Shown here: one piece after another, positions 9,348 through 19,874 of the stretch
Layout of the letters: each line of letters starts with the position of its first letter
How positions within the stretch are numbered: position 1 is the first letter of the stretch
Virus record (IMG/VR): IMGVR_UViG_3300044638_004964
Span: 41,962 to 105,961 of that record
Strand: one strand, 5' to 3'
Source of the DNA: a virus
DNA: 64,000 nucleotides
Made by a program: the position numbers and the translations under genes
The notes under the pieces: generated by a model
What the model saw: the letters and a program-made list of their open reading frames with translations, nothing else
Database searches by the model: none
Told to the model about the DNA's origin: nothing

Positions 9348-10902
9348 CTACAACGACAAGAAGACTTGGCAATTATTTGCAGAAGGTAAAACTAAGGGTA
9401 TCTTTCAGTTAGAAAGTAATCTTGGTAAGGCTTGGGCTAAAAAAGTTGCTCCAACAAATATTGAAGAATTATCTGCTCTTATTGCTATTATTAGACCGGG
9501 AACGTTAAAAGCTTTCGTTGATGGAAAGTCTATGACCCAGCATTACGTTGACAGAAAGCACGGCAGAGAAGAGGTTGTATATTTGCATGAATCTCTGGAA
9601 GAAATCTTAAAGCCAACGTATGGGGTTCTAGTTTATCAAGAGCAGTCCATGCGTATAGCTCAAAAGGTCGCTGGCTTCAATCTACAAGAGGCCGACGTTC
9701 TTCGTAAGGCCATTGGAAAGAAAAAGGCTGACCTCATGAATGAAGTTAAGAAATCATTTATTGAGGGGTCACAGCGAGTTGGAATGGTAACAAAGGAAGA
9801 AGCGGAACAGATTTTCGGATGGATTGAGAAGTCTGCACGATATGCTTTCAATAAATCCCACAGTATATCTTATGCCGTATGCTCATATTGGAGTGCCTAT
9901 TATAAAGCCCACAATACTCCAGAATTCTTTTTATCGTATCTGTATTATGCTAATGAAAAGCAAGATCCACACCAAGAAGTTTATGAACTTATTTCTGAAG
10001 CAAAGCTATTTGATATACAGGTAAGAACACCTAGTCTTGCCAATTTCGATACAAAATTTAACTTTAGACATGGGAAGATATACTTTGGGATTAAGGATAT
10101 CAAATCTCTCACTGGTAAAACTGGCGATAAATTGATAGAAGCGGTCGAAGAATCAGAAAAGCTTGCTGGTAAAAAAATTACTAAATTCTCATGGTTAGAG
10201 TTATTGATATATTTTAGCCCCAATATAAGTTCCACTTCTTTTAAAGCTTTAGCCTCAATTGGTTTTTATAGAGACTTTGCAGAAAAGATTAGTAGAAATA
10301 AAGCGCTGTATGATTATGATATATTTAAGAATTTAACACAGGCTGAGAAAACTTGGGTTTTAACTCAATACCCGACTAAAAAGTGGTCAACATTTATGGA
10401 TTGTTTGAAGGATTTGGCACCAACTAAAAAAGAAGGTGGTGGAACTAGCAAAGCCGATAGAAGACAATTTATAGAGAATGAACTACAATTATTAATAAAT
10501 CCACCATACGACTTGGAGGATGAACCAAGCTGGTTAATAGATCAAGAAATTAAATTCTTAGGCTGTCCAGTTACAATGACTAAAATTGAAACATCCGATA
10601 CTTCCGCAGCTAATACAACATGTAAAGATGTTGTTAACGGAAAAAAGGGTAAGGACTTGTGCATAGTTGCCAATGTCCAAAGAGTTTCGGATTATAAAAT
10701 AACAAAGGGTGAATCAAAAGGCCAAATGATGTCATTTCTAACAATAGAAGATGATTCATGTATCCTTGATAGCGTTATAGTATTTCCAAAAGTTAGAGAT
10801 AAGTACAAATATGTGCTTTACGAAGGAAATAATCTAATTTTCTGTGGGAATGTAGCCGACCACGACTCGTCCTTTATAGTGAACCAAATTCATGAGATTT
10901 GA
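9340..10902 (+). CDS. dnaE: DNA polymerase III alpha, C-terminal part (fingers, HhH, OB fold)
   Basis: DKKTW..GIFQLES, RPG, TYGVLVYQEQ, ADVLRKAIGKK, YAFNKSHS..Y, MSFLTIED. Confidence 0.93.
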   Translation: MIDYNDKKTWQLFAEGKTKGIFQLESNLGKAWAKKVAPTNIEELSALIAIIRPGTLKAFVDGKSMTQHYVDRKHGREEVVYLHESLEEILKPTYGVLVYQEQSMRIAQKVAGFNLQEADVLRKAIGKKKADLMNEVKKSFIEGSQRVGMVTKEEAEQIFGWIEKSARYAFNKSHSISYAVCSYWSAYYKAHNTPEFFLSYLYYANEKQDPHQEVYELISEAKLFDIQVRTPSLANFDTKFNFRHGKIYFGIKDIKSLTGKTGDKLIEAVEESEKLAGKKITKFSWLELLIYFSPNISSTSFKALASIGFYRDFAEKISRNKALYDYDIFKNLTQAEKTWVLTQYPTKKWSTFMDCLKDLAPTKKEGGGTSKADRRQFIENELQLLINPPYDLEDEPSWLIDQEIKFLGCPVTMTKIETSDTSAANTTCKDVVNGKKGKDLCIVANVQRVSDYKITKGESKGQMMSFLTIEDDSCILDSVIVFPKVRDKYKYVLYEGNNLIFCGNVADHDSSFIVNQIHEI

Positions 10903-10953
10903 TGTGTTTTTTCAGCCTGTACCTGCTAATATACAAAGATAGGAGATCAATAG

Positions 10954-11265
10954 ATGAATATATGTTGTTTTACTGGATATTTGCTAGAAGACCCTCGCAT
11001 ATCCGACATTGATGGTGTTACTCTTGCGGAATTTGTCATGGTTGTCTATACTTATAGAAAAACCAAGAGTGGAGAAAAGAACAGAATACCAACATATGTT
11101 AGATGCGAAGCTTGGCATACTGGTGCTGAAACACTAGAAAAATATGCCACCAAGGGAACTAAGCTAAATGTTCACGCTTCTGCCAAGAATGTTTCAAAAG
11201 AAGATCAAAGAGTTTTGTTTAGAATTAACGAATTCGACTTTTGTAATCAAGACTTTGAAGACTAA
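10954..11265 (+). CDS. ssb: Single-stranded DNA-binding protein (short OB fold)
   Basis: MN..FTGYL..DP, CEAW..AE..KYATKG, short acidic tail QDFED; AGGAG SD upstream. Confidence 0.75.
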   Translation: MNICCFTGYLLEDPRISDIDGVTLAEFVMVVYTYRKTKSGEKNRIPTYVRCEAWHTGAETLEKYATKGTKLNVHASAKNVSKEDQRVLFRINEFDFCNQDFED

Positions 11266-11921
11266 TGACCATACCAAATAATATTCTTTTAACTTGGAAA
11301 GATCGTCAAATTCCAAATTATGTTATTAGCAATATTACAAAAATCAATCCTAATATAAATATTAGCTTCTTCGATGATAATGATATTAAGAATTTTCTTG
11401 AAAGTCATTACGGAAGAAACTATGTGGATTTTTTTAATTCAATAAAGCTTGGTTATAACAAGGGCGATTTCTTTCGATATTGTTATCTATATAAATATGG
11501 TGGATATTATTTTGATATTGATATAGAACATGTTTTACCAATTTCTGAAATAGTGGATAAAGATACAACATTTTTTAGTATTATATCAGCATTACTTCCG
11601 GGACACATATTTCAAGCAATATTATTCTGTGAACCAAATCATTTAATTATCAAAAAATGTATAGATGACATGTTTAAGTTTGGCCCAAATCCTCCAATAA
11701 CTTCATCGTATATTGGTCACACAACAACTTGTATGTTTAATAATATAGGATCTTTTTTAGAAGATGTTCCAAGAGAGGGTATCTTCACTAGCAATAAAGA
11801 AAAAATATGTTTGGGAAAAGAACGTATGTATAATAGTAGATACGTATGTACTTATCAAAATAAAATAATAGCCTTTTCAAGATACAAAAACTATAATAGA
11901 GAAATGGGATTTTTAGAATGA
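11265..11921 (+). CDS. Glycosyltransferase, GT32/OCH1-like (DxD)
   Basis: IPNNILLTW, GDFFRYCYLYKYGGYYFDID. Confidence 0.85.
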   Translation: MTIPNNILLTWKDRQIPNYVISNITKINPNINISFFDDNDIKNFLESHYGRNYVDFFNSIKLGYNKGDFFRYCYLYKYGGYYFDIDIEHVLPISEIVDKDTTFFSIISALLPGHIFQAILFCEPNHLIIKKCIDDMFKFGPNPPITSSYIGHTTTCMFNNIGSFLEDVPREGIFTSNKEKICLGKERMYNSRYVCTYQNKIIAFSRYKNYNREMGFLE

Positions 11922-13573
11922 GAAAAAAGAGAATTCTATTTTGTAGCGAAGCGACATTTTTAAATACAGGATATGCTACATATACTAGAGAGATATTGAA
12001 TTATCTACATAGTACTGGTAAGTATGAATTAGCGGAAATGGCTTCTTATGGTGAAAAAAATGATCCCAGAGCAGCAAATATTCCTTGGAAATTTTATGGT
12101 GTTATTCCACCAAATAATGCTAGCGAGGATGAGAAAAAACAATATCACTCCTTTCCAACAGCGCAGTTTGGAGAATTAGCATTTGAGCCAACGTGTTTGG
12201 ATTTTAAACCAGACGTTGTTTGTGATATAAGAGATTTTTGGATGTTGGATTTTGCTGAACGATCACCATTCAGACCATTCTTTAAATGGTGCATTATGCC
12301 AACGGTCGATGCTCGACCACAAGCTAGACAATGGATAGCAACATACCAATCAGCAGATGCTTGTATAACATATTCAGAATGGGCTGGAGATGTATTAAAA
12401 GATCAATCTGGTGATAATATTAACTATTTAGGGATATCGCCACCATCGGCACATCCAGCATATCAACCAATTGATAATAAAGAAGCGCTGCGTCAAAGTT
12501 ATGGTATCGATCCAGATTTAAAAATTGTTGGAACAGTTATGCGTAATCAAAGACGCAAGCTATACCCAGATCTATTCCAAGCTTTTAAAACTTTATTGGA
12601 TAGCGTTGATGATAGTTCGAAATATATGTTGTATTGCCACACAAGTTATCCAGACTTAGGTTGGGATATTCCAGAATTGTTACAACAATACCAGCTATCG
12701 TCCAAAGTATTATTTACATACATATGCGCCCAGACAGGTAAACCATTTCCATCTTTATTTAAAGGTGCTATTGCTCAATCTCCATTTACTGGTCAGTATG
12801 GAGCAACTCTATCCAATGTAAAGCAAGGTGTTGACTATGAAGATTTATCTAAGATTATAAATCTATTTGATATTTATATTCAATATGCTAATTGTGAAGG
12901 ATTCGGTCTACCACAGGTAGAAGCTGCCGCTTGTGGCGTTCCAGTAATGTCCGTTGACTATTCAGCTATGGAAAGCGTTGTTAGGAATTTAGGTGGCATA
13001 CCATTAACGCCAAAAGCTTTGTACAAAGAATTGGAAACGGGATGCTTAAGGGCGGTTCCAGATAATGATCTAACGGCCCAAAAATTAATTGAATTTTTTA
13101 ATCAACCAATTAGCATAAGAAGAAAACATGGATTTGAAACTAGACAAGCGTTTTTAAGATATTATCAGTGGAATAAGAGTGGAAAAGTTTGGGAAGATTA
13201 TTTTGATAGCGTAGAAATACTTCCAGAAGAATTAACTTGGAAATCTAAACCTAGAATTATACAACCACAACCAAAACCACAAGAAATACCAAAAGGAATG
13301 ACCCATGAAAGTTTAGCTAGATGGTTGATAACAGACGTTTTATGTGAGCCAGACAAAGTTAATTCATTTATGGAAGCTAGATTAATAAGAGACTTGATGT
13401 ATCAAACATCAACAGCTACAACTGGTGGAATGTATTTTAATGAGAGCGCTGCCGCTTTTGATGGTAAATTGTCAAGAAGTCCATTTAATTTTGATATAGC
13501 ATATAATCACATGGCTAACTTGTGTAATAGAAGAAATCACTGGGAACAAATAAGAACCAATTACAATAAATAA
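11918..13573 (+). CDS. Glycosyltransferase, GT4-like (GT-B fold)
   Basis: TGYATYT, RNQRRK, EGFGLPQVEAAACG (E-x7-E). Confidence 0.88.
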   Translation: MRKKRILFCSEATFLNTGYATYTREILNYLHSTGKYELAEMASYGEKNDPRAANIPWKFYGVIPPNNASEDEKKQYHSFPTAQFGELAFEPTCLDFKPDVVCDIRDFWMLDFAERSPFRPFFKWCIMPTVDARPQARQWIATYQSADACITYSEWAGDVLKDQSGDNINYLGISPPSAHPAYQPIDNKEALRQSYGIDPDLKIVGTVMRNQRRKLYPDLFQAFKTLLDSVDDSSKYMLYCHTSYPDLGWDIPELLQQYQLSSKVLFTYICAQTGKPFPSLFKGAIAQSPFTGQYGATLSNVKQGVDYEDLSKIINLFDIYIQYANCEGFGLPQVEAAACGVPVMSVDYSAMESVVRNLGGIPLTPKALYKELETGCLRAVPDNDLTAQKLIEFFNQPISIRRKHGFETRQAFLRYYQWNKSGKVWEDYFDSVEILPEELTWKSKPRIIQPQPKPQEIPKGMTHESLARWLITDVLCEPDKVNSFMEARLIRDLMYQTSTATTGGMYFNESAAAFDGKLSRSPFNFDIAYNHMANLCNRRNHWEQIRTNYNK

Positions 13574-13577
13574 TAAC

Positions 13578-14696
13578 ATGAAAATACTATACATTGGACA
13601 TTATAAAGAAGGAAGTGGCTGGTCTAAAGCTGCTATAGATTTGATATTATCTATGCACAGCGTTGGTCTTGATGTTACTTGTAGGAATATAAAGTTAACA
13701 AATAATAATCCAGAAGTAGATCCAACGATTATAGAATTAGAAAATAAACCATTATCTGATATAGATATTTGCATACAGCATGTGTTGCCACACCACATGG
13801 TAGGCACTCAGAAATTTAAAAAGAACGTCGCCTATTTTGTTGCAGAATCTAGTACAACTCTATATAATCCTTGGTTTATTTGTTTGCAACACATGGACGA
13901 GGTTTGGGTTCCTAATAAGAATTTGATGGACAATTTGATTAATGATGGACTAAATAAAGAGGTCAGGGTTGTTCATCATGCGTCAAACAATTCAAAAATG
14001 ATTCAGCCAGATATTAAATTTACATTCCCTAACAACAGTAATTTTAAATTTTATTATATTGGTGAATTAAATGATAGAAAAAATGTTGAATCAATTATTA
14101 GGTCTTTTCATAGCGAATTCGCAAACTTTGAGCCAGTATCTCTAGTATTAAAAATAAAAAAGCATGGAGTGTCTGCACAAGAATTAACAAAATACTGTGA
14201 ACAAATATGTACAACTATTAAAAAAGAACTTAGGATGCACAAGGATGTTGATAGTTATCACAAAGAACTTATTATTGCTGATGATATTGACGATAAGCAT
14301 ATAGATATATTGCACAATTCGTGCGATTGCTTTGTTGCCCCAAGTCACGGGGAAGGATGGTCTATACCAGCTTTTGACGCTATGAGATATGGTAAAACTC
14401 CCATATGTAGCAATGAGGGTGGCCCAAGAGAGTTTATAGATAGCAACGATAAGAACACTGGCACTCTTATTAATGGCATATACTCTACGTGTAATCATTC
14501 TGATCCAGCCTTTATGGATATATTTACAGGTAGAGAAGATTGGTTTATTCCAAGCGAATATGAAATTAAAAAAGCCATGAGATTTTACTATGAAAATCGT
14601 GACAAGATAGACAGGAAAGCTGGCTTTAAAACATCAGAGAAATTTTCATATAAAACTATTGGTAATACGATAAGGGACATTCTAAATGATAAATAG
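13578..14696 (+). CDS. Glycosyltransferase, GT4-like
   Basis: SGWSKAA, DEVWVP, RKN, SHGEGWSIPAFDAM. Confidence 0.85.
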   Translation: MKILYIGHYKEGSGWSKAAIDLILSMHSVGLDVTCRNIKLTNNNPEVDPTIIELENKPLSDIDICIQHVLPHHMVGTQKFKKNVAYFVAESSTTLYNPWFICLQHMDEVWVPNKNLMDNLINDGLNKEVRVVHHASNNSKMIQPDIKFTFPNNSNFKFYYIGELNDRKNVESIIRSFHSEFANFEPVSLVLKIKKHGVSAQELTKYCEQICTTIKKELRMHKDVDSYHKELIIADDIDDKHIDILHNSCDCFVAPSHGEGWSIPAFDAMRYGKTPICSNEGGPREFIDSNDKNTGTLINGIYSTCNHSDPAFMDIFTGREDWFIPSEYEIKKAMRFYYENRDKIDRKAGFKTSEKFSYKTIGNTIRDILNDK

Positions 14697-15681
14697 TATA
14701 AAAAGGATAATCAACTGCTGTAATAGAGATATTAATGCGGGATTTAATATATTAACGTTTCCAACCCACGAAAGATATGAAAGTCAGTTAGCAAAAACTG
14801 GGCATAATTTTTATTCATTCAATATCAAGGATGGCAAAAAGTGGAATAGGGAACAAATAACTCCTCCAGAAAATTATCATATTCTTCCAGAAGGATATAT
14901 TTGCGAATACATACCTTATGATTTTATTTTGGTGCAAAGTAAATTTTGGCAATATCAAGTCGCACAGCAAATTAATCAAACTCTGATGCTTCCGATAATT
15001 GTATTAGAACACACTTTACCAACACCGCAGACAATATCAGAACAAAATATACAAATAATGAAAAAAATGGTAGGAGATATTAATATTTTTATCTCTGAAT
15101 ATTCTCAAAAAGAATGGAATATAGAAGCTGCATCTAATGTTATTCATCATGGCATAGATACTAATACTTTTAAGCCATTGGATTTGGATAAAGAAAATAC
15201 CATACTGACTGTTGCTAATAATTTTGTTAATCGTGATTACTGTCTAAATTATAGCGGGTGGAAAAGAGTAACTAATGGATTACCAGTAAAATTGATTGGG
15301 GACACAAAAGGATTATCAGTATCAGCTTCGTCTACAGATGAACTTGTTGAGGAATACAATAAGTGCGCTGTTTATTTTAATAGTTCAACAATTAGTCCAA
15401 TCCCAACATCTTTACTTGAAGCCATGTCTTGCGGTTGTGCCATTGTGTCCACTGCAACCTGTATGATACCAGAAATTATACAGAATGGAATAAATGGATT
15501 TATATCAAACGATGAAGAAGAATTGAAAGGCTATATTAAAATATTACTAGAGGATGAAAACTTGAGAAAGAAAATCGGAAATGAAGCTAGAAATACTATA
15601 CTAGAAAAGTTTTCTCAAGATACATTCATAAACCAATGGAATAACGTGTTCAATAAAATTTACGAGGTTTCTACAAAATGA
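14686..15681 (+). CDS. Glycosyltransferase, GT4-like
   Basis: VIHHGIDTNTF, PTSLLEAMSCG, IIQNGINGF. Confidence 0.85.
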   Translation: MINSIKRIINCCNRDINAGFNILTFPTHERYESQLAKTGHNFYSFNIKDGKKWNREQITPPENYHILPEGYICEYIPYDFILVQSKFWQYQVAQQINQTLMLPIIVLEHTLPTPQTISEQNIQIMKKMVGDINIFISEYSQKEWNIEAASNVIHHGIDTNTFKPLDLDKENTILTVANNFVNRDYCLNYSGWKRVTNGLPVKLIGDTKGLSVSASSTDELVEEYNKCAVYFNSSTISPIPTSLLEAMSCGCAIVSTATCMIPEIIQNGINGFISNDEEELKGYIKILLEDENLRKKIGNEARNTILEKFSQDTFINQWNNVFNKIYEVSTK

Positions 15682-16106
15682 AAATTCATATAACAGAGAA
15701 TATTGAAAATATAATTGAGGGCTATAATATGTCTCCTATTATATATGGAAAAGTAGATATAGATAAATATCCAGATAATTCTGTAACAGAAATTATAGCC
15801 ATAGACGCTATAGGTTCTATTCCAGTAGAATTATTGAGTAATTTCTTAGATCAAGTTGTTAAAAAGATGAGAATGGGTTGTACTATGACTATTGGTGGCA
15901 TTGAATTGGGCTTATTAGCCAGAAATGTTGTTAATGGAAGAGTAAATAGTGAAACATTCAATGGCTTGGTATTTAAAAATAAATCTATATTTAGTTCTGT
16001 GGATATTGTTAATATGTTAACACAACGTAATCTTGTTATAGACAACGTAAACATAATAGGAAATAATTATGAAATCAAGACCTCAAGACCCACAAATAAA
16101 AACTAA
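15678..16106 (+). CDS. Truncated or degenerate class I methyltransferase-like protein
   Basis: PDNSVTEI..VKKMRMGCTMTI resembles the C-terminal half of a SAM methyltransferase; no GxG SAM-binding motif. Confidence 0.4.
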   Translation: MKIHITENIENIIEGYNMSPIIYGKVDIDKYPDNSVTEIIAIDAIGSIPVELLSNFLDQVVKKMRMGCTMTIGGIELGLLARNVVNGRVNSETFNGLVFKNKSIFSSVDIVNMLTQRNLVIDNVNIIGNNYEIKTSRPTNKN

Positions 16107-16806
16107 TTGCAAAACTTGTCAGTGTGCTATATATGAAAATAATACTCAGATAGGATGTTCTTTTAATAGAATACAAAAGTTTGGCGACAATGTAATCGAA
16201 GCATACGATGATGAAAAAGAATTCTATATCATCAAACGTTTCTGTAATTATTTTAGAAATCAGAATTGGAATAATGGCGTTTTAGATCTTGAGAAAATTA
16301 AGCATGAGTCATCTGTAAGTTTTGATATTATTATTGATTGCAGCAATCTAGATACGGAGATGGATACTGAAAGCGTTATACAAATATTGAGTGATATGAA
16401 CTATTATACAAATAAAGTAAATATCATACTTTTGCATCTCACATCGTGCGATAAAAATATCAGAAAAAATATTTTCAAGGTGTTCTGCTCTAAAAAGTGT
16501 CAAATTGTTGAAACTGTTGACTTAAGTGAATATCTGCATTCTTTTGCAATTTCTTCAAAGTCAACGTATCATATCTTGGTAGATATGTCCAACAAGTCGC
16601 AACTATTGAAACTACATAAATTAAATGATGCAATCAATGATGACATTAAGCAAGCTATAGTATTCAATATAAACACAGTTAGGGCTATATCAAATATTGT
16701 CTATAGAATAGAAAGTTTGTCAAACGAACAGTCCGATTACAAAGTTAATGTATCCAGCATTGTTAAGAAATCTTTAGAATCCAATTTATCAATAGATATA
16801 TTATGA
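16069..16806 (+). CDS. Hypothetical protein (Cys-rich N-terminus, possible degenerate GT-A domain)
   Basis: CKTCQC..C..C; lies within the glycosyltransferase block. Confidence 0.45.
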   Translation: MKSRPQDPQIKTNCKTCQCAIYENNTQIGCSFNRIQKFGDNVIEAYDDEKEFYIIKRFCNYFRNQNWNNGVLDLEKIKHESSVSFDIIIDCSNLDTEMDTESVIQILSDMNYYTNKVNIILLHLTSCDKNIRKNIFKVFCSKKCQIVETVDLSEYLHSFAISSKSTYHILVDMSNKSQLLKLHKLNDAINDDIKQAIVFNINTVRAISNIVYRIESLSNEQSDYKVNVSSIVKKSLESNLSIDIL

Positions 16807-17540
16807 TTAAAAATAAGTGTATAACGTCTCCCAAAGCTAAAAAAGCAATACAAAAAAATTCAGATTTTATCACTGTTATTTTACTGTGTGATTCTCCGGG
16901 ATATAGAATGAGGTCTTATGGGCCAACTTCTCTGATCTCCATATCTAATAAAAAACTAATAGATATTCAAATAGAAGCGATAAAACAAACATTTGATAAT
17001 TTTGAAATAATATTGTGTGTTGGCTTTGATGCTGAAAAAATTTGTAAATATGTTAGATCGAAGTATTTTAATTTAAATATAAGGTTAGTAGAGAATCAGC
17101 TATTTAAGAATTCTAACTCATGTGAGGCAGCTAGACTAACCATGAACAATACTAACAACACAAAAATAGTTATGTGCGACGGTAATTTATTACTTAATTC
17201 CAACGTATTGTCTATGGTTGAGGATGTTGATTCGTGCGTTTTTACAGAATCGTCGCCATGCGTAAATTTGGAAGTTGGCCTAAATATAGATGAAAAAAAT
17301 CAAGTGCAATATTTTTCATTTGGTGCGCATAAAACTTGGTCAGAAATACTATACTTAAATAATATAGAGATTATTGAAACATTTAGAAAAATTGTATCCT
17401 CTCAGGACTATAAGAATAAGTTTATTTTTGAAGCACTTAATGAGCTTATTAAAACTAAACACAAGTTAAGATGCTTTACTAACGATAAAAGCGTCAAGAA
17501 AATAAACAACATTAAAACATATCATTCAATAACGAGGTAG
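16803..17540 (+). CDS. Sugar nucleotidyltransferase-like protein (LicC/GlmU-like), degenerate
   Basis: VILLCDSPGYRMRSYGPTSL aligns to ILAAGxGxRM..PKxL; EIILCVGF, EN..F..SNS, CDGNLL. Confidence 0.65.
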   Translation: MIKNKCITSPKAKKAIQKNSDFITVILLCDSPGYRMRSYGPTSLISISNKKLIDIQIEAIKQTFDNFEIILCVGFDAEKICKYVRSKYFNLNIRLVENQLFKNSNSCEAARLTMNNTNNTKIVMCDGNLLLNSNVLSMVEDVDSCVFTESSPCVNLEVGLNIDEKNQVQYFSFGAHKTWSEILYLNNIEIIETFRKIVSSQDYKNKFIFEALNELIKTKHKLRCFTNDKSVKKINNIKTYHSITR

Positions 17541-17542
17541 TG

Positions 17543-18397
17543 ATGAAAGTATTAGTAGAAAATTATTCATCTGTATATTGCACAGAACCTTTGTATCTAA
17601 GCACAACCATAGACTCTATAGACGGCTGTTCCTCTGCTATATTTCCGTCTGATAGCAAGATGAGTGTTTATGATAAATTTGACTTAAGTAAGCCAAATGT
17701 CTACATAACACACGCGATGTTGTTAAACAATGATATTATATCTTATCTTGTGGAAAATAAAGGTATCGATATTATTATGAATATTAGCGGTTTAGATCAA
17801 GAGCAATTATCTCAAGCTGAGAAATTGTTTTTGTATCATAATCTCAAACCCCTTTTATTTTTTATCAATTATTCTCATCATGGCCTTGTTAGTAAAAATT
17901 TTAATATTTTTACACTCCCACACTGTGCAGATATATACTTAGGCGTGAATAAGAAGATGACATATAATATAGAAAATGGTATTTTGGTTTCTGATAAATC
18001 TCAAATATCAAAAAGAGAAGGAACCTATCACTATATAGCAATCAATAGGAGTTTGAGTAACGATGTTGATATTTGTATGTCAACTATTCAGTTATCAAAT
18101 ATTTACGCAAATTATGATCGCCTAGTAATTAAACCTTTTAAAAAAATAGTCCCTCAATATTTCTATGATGCTGTATTTTATGGAAAATCGGTTGTTTATG
18201 AAACCGACAAAGCTGATGATCCAATGATAGATATTCTAAGGGCGGCATTCAAAGATTTAGATCCACAAGCTCTAAAAACAACCGTAAAAAGTAAACATAC
18301 ATGTTTAAATAGAACAAAATCATTATTGTCGCAATTGCCATGCAACGATATTGTCATTAAACTAGGCAAAATGATGGAGACAATACAATGGGAGTAA
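17543..18397 (+). CDS. Hypothetical protein, possibly degenerate GT-B glycosyltransferase
   Basis: FYDAVFYG and C-terminal KHTCLNR..LL resemble the end of CgeB-like GT-B proteins. Confidence 0.4.
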   Translation: MKVLVENYSSVYCTEPLYLSTTIDSIDGCSSAIFPSDSKMSVYDKFDLSKPNVYITHAMLLNNDIISYLVENKGIDIIMNISGLDQEQLSQAEKLFLYHNLKPLLFFINYSHHGLVSKNFNIFTLPHCADIYLGVNKKMTYNIENGILVSDKSQISKREGTYHYIAINRSLSNDVDICMSTIQLSNIYANYDRLVIKPFKKIVPQYFYDAVFYGKSVVYETDKADDPMIDILRAAFKDLDPQALKTTVKSKHTCLNRTKSLLSQLPCNDIVIKLGKMMETIQWE

Positions 18398-19140
18398 CAG
18401 TTATATTAAGTGGATATAAAAGACCATATACTTTACAGGCTCAATATGATGCTATATTAAGGCAGACTTATAGACCACAATCTATAATGTTATGGGTGAA
18501 TGTAGTAGAAGATCTAAGTAACTATCCCCAAGAAGTTATTAATAATTGTGAATCAATTGTTTCTAATGGTAATTATGGGGTATGGGGAAGATTCTCAATG
18601 GCTCTCAATGCTAGAACGGACTTTATCAATATTATAGATGATGATACCATTCCCGGCGACAGATGGTTAGAGAATTGTATCAATACAGTAAATATTCAAG
18701 ATGGTATTTTGGCAACTAGGGGCGTTATAGCAGATAAGCAAAATGATAAGAGTTATCCAGCACCTCAAAGTTATAAAGCTATTGGATGGTGTGACCCTAA
18801 CGAAGAAACAACTAGAGTTGATATGGGTTGTCATTCTTGGTTTTTCGCCAAACCAATTCTAAGAGCATTTTGGGCTGAGATGCCACTTAATATTCCAATG
18901 AATTATGGCGAAGATATGCATCTATCATATATTGCTCAAAAACATTTTGGATTATTTACATACGTTCCCCCACACCCAAAAGATAATAAAGAGTTGTGGG
19001 GATCTATGCCAGATACAGCATCTAAGTATGGAGAGGACAAAGCGGCCATATCTTGGAGTGGAGAAGCTAATGCTGGAATGAATAGATACTGGAATTTTAT
19101 TAGGAATAACGGTTATAAAACTATAGCAGATGAATCATGA
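18388..19140 (+). CDS. Glycosyltransferase, GT2-like
   Basis: VTVILSGYKR, NYGVWGRF, IIDDDTIPG, GEDMHLS. Confidence 0.8.
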   Translation: MGVTVILSGYKRPYTLQAQYDAILRQTYRPQSIMLWVNVVEDLSNYPQEVINNCESIVSNGNYGVWGRFSMALNARTDFINIIDDDTIPGDRWLENCINTVNIQDGILATRGVIADKQNDKSYPAPQSYKAIGWCDPNEETTRVDMGCHSWFFAKPILRAFWAEMPLNIPMNYGEDMHLSYIAQKHFGLFTYVPPHPKDNKELWGSMPDTASKYGEDKAAISWSGEANAGMNRYWNFIRNNGYKTIADES

Positions 19141-19874
19141 AACTAACTACTCCACCAAATAAAAGTTACCAAGAAGATATCAAGATATTCCATAAAGCAT
19201 TGCTAAATAAAGAAAACTTTAGTTTTTCCAAGTTCTGCGATGGAGAATGGGCTGTTATAAAAAATCAAGCAATAAATAATAAAGAATTTTGGTTTGATCC
19301 AAACAATGCTAAAGATCAATATAAACGATCTAGTTTAATAAACGCTTTCCAGTTTGATCACCCAAATTATTTTGTTGGAGTAACTTGCGTTAATGTATTC
19401 GGATTAGAAACTCACAAAGCAATGAAGCAAATATGCGGGCTTCCAGAATATAGATTGACATGGGCAGATATTTGGGTAAACTCAAATTATTCATTTTATC
19501 TCAGAAATATAATTCCAATTTATAGAGAAAGACAAACAGTTTTATTTTGCAATTCTCAGTCTCAAGTATCTAATTTACCATTTGAGCCAAGAGCAGTATT
19601 CAATATCTCTTATAATGCTTGGGAAAACGATTGGTCAACAATAGAAGAAGCGAAGAAATATATTACTCAGAATAATATACAAGATCATATTTTCTTGTTT
19701 TGTTGCGGTCCTTTTGGTAATATACTATGTCATCAATTAACACAATTTAATGATAGAAATACATATTTAGATATAGGATCGACATTAAATCCTTTATTGA
19801 AATCCGCTGGATTTGAGAGAGACTATTATATGGGCAACAACTTTTTTTCAAACTTAATAGGAGCTTGGGAATGA
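19137..19874 (+). CDS. Putative GT-D fold (DUF1792-like) glycosyltransferase
   Basis: FSFSKFCDGE (cf. RFGDGE), LFCCGP, YLDIGS. Confidence 0.6.
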   Translation: MKLTTPPNKSYQEDIKIFHKALLNKENFSFSKFCDGEWAVIKNQAINNKEFWFDPNNAKDQYKRSSLINAFQFDHPNYFVGVTCVNVFGLETHKAMKQICGLPEYRLTWADIWVNSNYSFYLRNIIPIYRERQTVLFCNSQSQVSNLPFEPRAVFNISYNAWENDWSTIEEAKKYITQNNIQDHIFLFCCGPFGNILCHQLTQFNDRNTYLDIGSTLNPLLKSAGFERDYYMGNNFFSNLIGAWE

